Positions 59,890-61,064 of a stretch of 61,064 nucleotides of DNA are shown here, piece after piece. The stretch is taken from assembly GCA_041697335.1 (NCBI GenBank), contig JBGUGD010000017.1, forward strand, positions 1 to 61,064, read 5' to 3'. The DNA is from Vampirovibrionaceae bacterium NZW_1234. Lineage in GTDB: Bacteria > Cyanobacteriota > Vampirovibrionia > Vampirovibrionales > JAGQHJ01. The notes below the pieces were generated by a model, which searched no databases, had not been told where the DNA came from, and saw only the letters and a list, made by a program, of their open reading frames with translations. The position numbers and the translations under genes are program-made. Each line of letters starts with the position of its first letter. Position 1 is the stretch's first letter.

Positions 59890-60894
59890 ATGGATATTAT
59901 TCAACAACTGGGTGAGCTGGCGTTAGGAAGCCGTTTGCGGCGTTTATCGGAGCGGTTGGCTCAGGATGTTGCGGCTATCTACAGCGATTTAGACCTTGAT
60001 TACGAGCCCCGCTGGTTTCCTGTGTATTACCTGTTGCTTCAGAAATCGCCTATCTCTATTTGCGATGCGGCACAGGAACTGGGTATCACCCACCCGATGG
60101 TCAGCCAGATTGCCTCTGAGATGGTGAAGCGAGGCGTCGTTCTTGAACTTCGGGATGAGAATGATAAACGCAAAAAGATGATTGCCTTATCCGAAAAAGG
60201 ACTCTCGATGAGCGAAAAGCTTGCAGAGCGCTGGGCTGATGTAGATGCAGCAGCGAAGGAGTGGACTGCTTCTACCGGATTCGACGTGCTCGCTGTGTTG
60301 GATCGCCTGGAGCAGGCTTTGGATGCCAAAAGTTTTCAATCTCGGATCCAGGACCACACGCGCAAGCGGCGTTGGGATGCCGTGACGATCCTAGACTATG
60401 ATCCCCATTTCAAAGAGGACTTTAAAACCATTAATACCGAGTGGATTGAACAGCATTTTACCCTTGAGGAAGCCGATCGGCGAATCCTCTCCAATCCGGA
60501 GACCGAGATCATTGAGCCCGGTGGGCACATCTTTTTTGCACGCTATAAACAGGAAATCGTGGGGACCTGTGCCTTGATCCGATGCTCGGACGGTTCCTAT
60601 GAACTGGCCAAGATGGGGGTGCTGGAAAAAGCCCGTGGGTTGCAAATTGGCAAAAAATTGTTGGCCGCCAGTATTCGAAAAGCCAAAGAAGATGGTGTAC
60701 CCTATATGACACTTGAAACCAGCAGCAAGCTGAGCACGGCCATTGCCCTATACCGAAAAATGGGCTTTGTGGCCATCCCCTTCGACCCCGATCACCCCTC
60801 TGAGTTTGCCCGTGCCGATGTGCGGATGAAGCTCGATTTAAGCCGCTACTGCCCCTACGGAGAACAAACGGATGCGATTCTTCAACGGGTTTGA
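59890..60894 (+). CDS. bifunctional MarR-type HTH / GNAT acetyltransferase
   Basis: LGSRLRRLSE, wHTH D..DKR, GNAT ELAKM.V...ARG..IG and A..LY.K.GF. Confidence 0.92.
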   Translation: MDIIQQLGELALGSRLRRLSERLAQDVAAIYSDLDLDYEPRWFPVYYLLLQKSPISICDAAQELGITHPMVSQIASEMVKRGVVLELRDENDKRKKMIALSEKGLSMSEKLAERWADVDAAAKEWTASTGFDVLAVLDRLEQALDAKSFQSRIQDHTRKRRWDAVTILDYDPHFKEDFKTINTEWIEQHFTLEEADRRILSNPETEIIEPGGHIFFARYKQEIVGTCALIRCSDGSYELAKMGVLEKARGLQIGKKLLAASIRKAKEDGVPYMTLETSSKLSTAIALYRKMGFVAIPFDPDHPSEFARADVRMKLDLSRYCPYGEQTDAILQRV

Positions 60895-61064
60895 TACCAA
60901 GACCCTGGCCTATGTGGCCCTTTTCACGGTATATCTTATCTGGGGCACCACCTTTGGTGCCATCCACATTGGCGTCGAGTCATTTCATCCGGCGCTTCTG
61001 GTGACGTTGCGTTTTGGTTTGGTGGGATTGCTTTTACTGACCGGATGCTTTCTCTGCGGGCATC
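60872..61064 (+). CDS. EamA/DMT transporter, N-terminal part (runs off the window)
   Basis: MRFFNGFDTKTLAYVALFTVYLIWGTTFGAIHIGVESFHPALLVTLRF; absent from the ORF track. Confidence 0.85.
   Translation, partial: MRFFNGFDTKTLAYVALFTVYLIWGTTFGAIHIGVESFHPALLVTLRFGLVGLLLLTGCFLCGH

Overview
A 61-kb chromosomal segment, most likely from a non-photosynthetic cyanobacterial relative (Vampirovibrionia/Melainabacteria). This is inferred from the cyanobacteria-like EF-Tu signatures [14 protein letters not shown] and [10 protein letters not shown] and the absence of photosynthesis genes here. Core content: tRNA-Ser, a tRNA-Thr/Tyr/Thr-tuf-rpsJ unit, an rplC-rplR ribosomal block that stops after rplR, dps, glgP, tkt and a probable amine/polyamine catabolic cluster. 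Accessory content: an AT-rich island remnant beside tRNA-Ser (1-2000) and a decayed AT-rich island (about 41.7-47.1 kb). The second island holds an integrase pseudogene, an IS5 scar, a Fic gene, and an XRE-HTH plus HEXXH-peptidase pair (CapH/CapP- or ImmR/ImmA-like) divergent from a DUF3892 plus unknown-protein operon, which is the best candidate for an undescribed inducible defence system. Other strong signals: (i) about 12 unrelated proteins share an acid-poor N-terminal leader ending in an x-[RKAS]-F-[GSAK]-type motif, a candidate lineage-specific export signal; (ii) a caspase-like protein with apparent p10-before-p20 permutation; (iii) an anthrax-lethal-factor-like metalloprotease; (iv) a nested G-tract/10-bp repeat array; (v) several unannotated hairpin-rich intergenic regions. 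All family calls come from motif recognition by eye; no database search or folding program was run.
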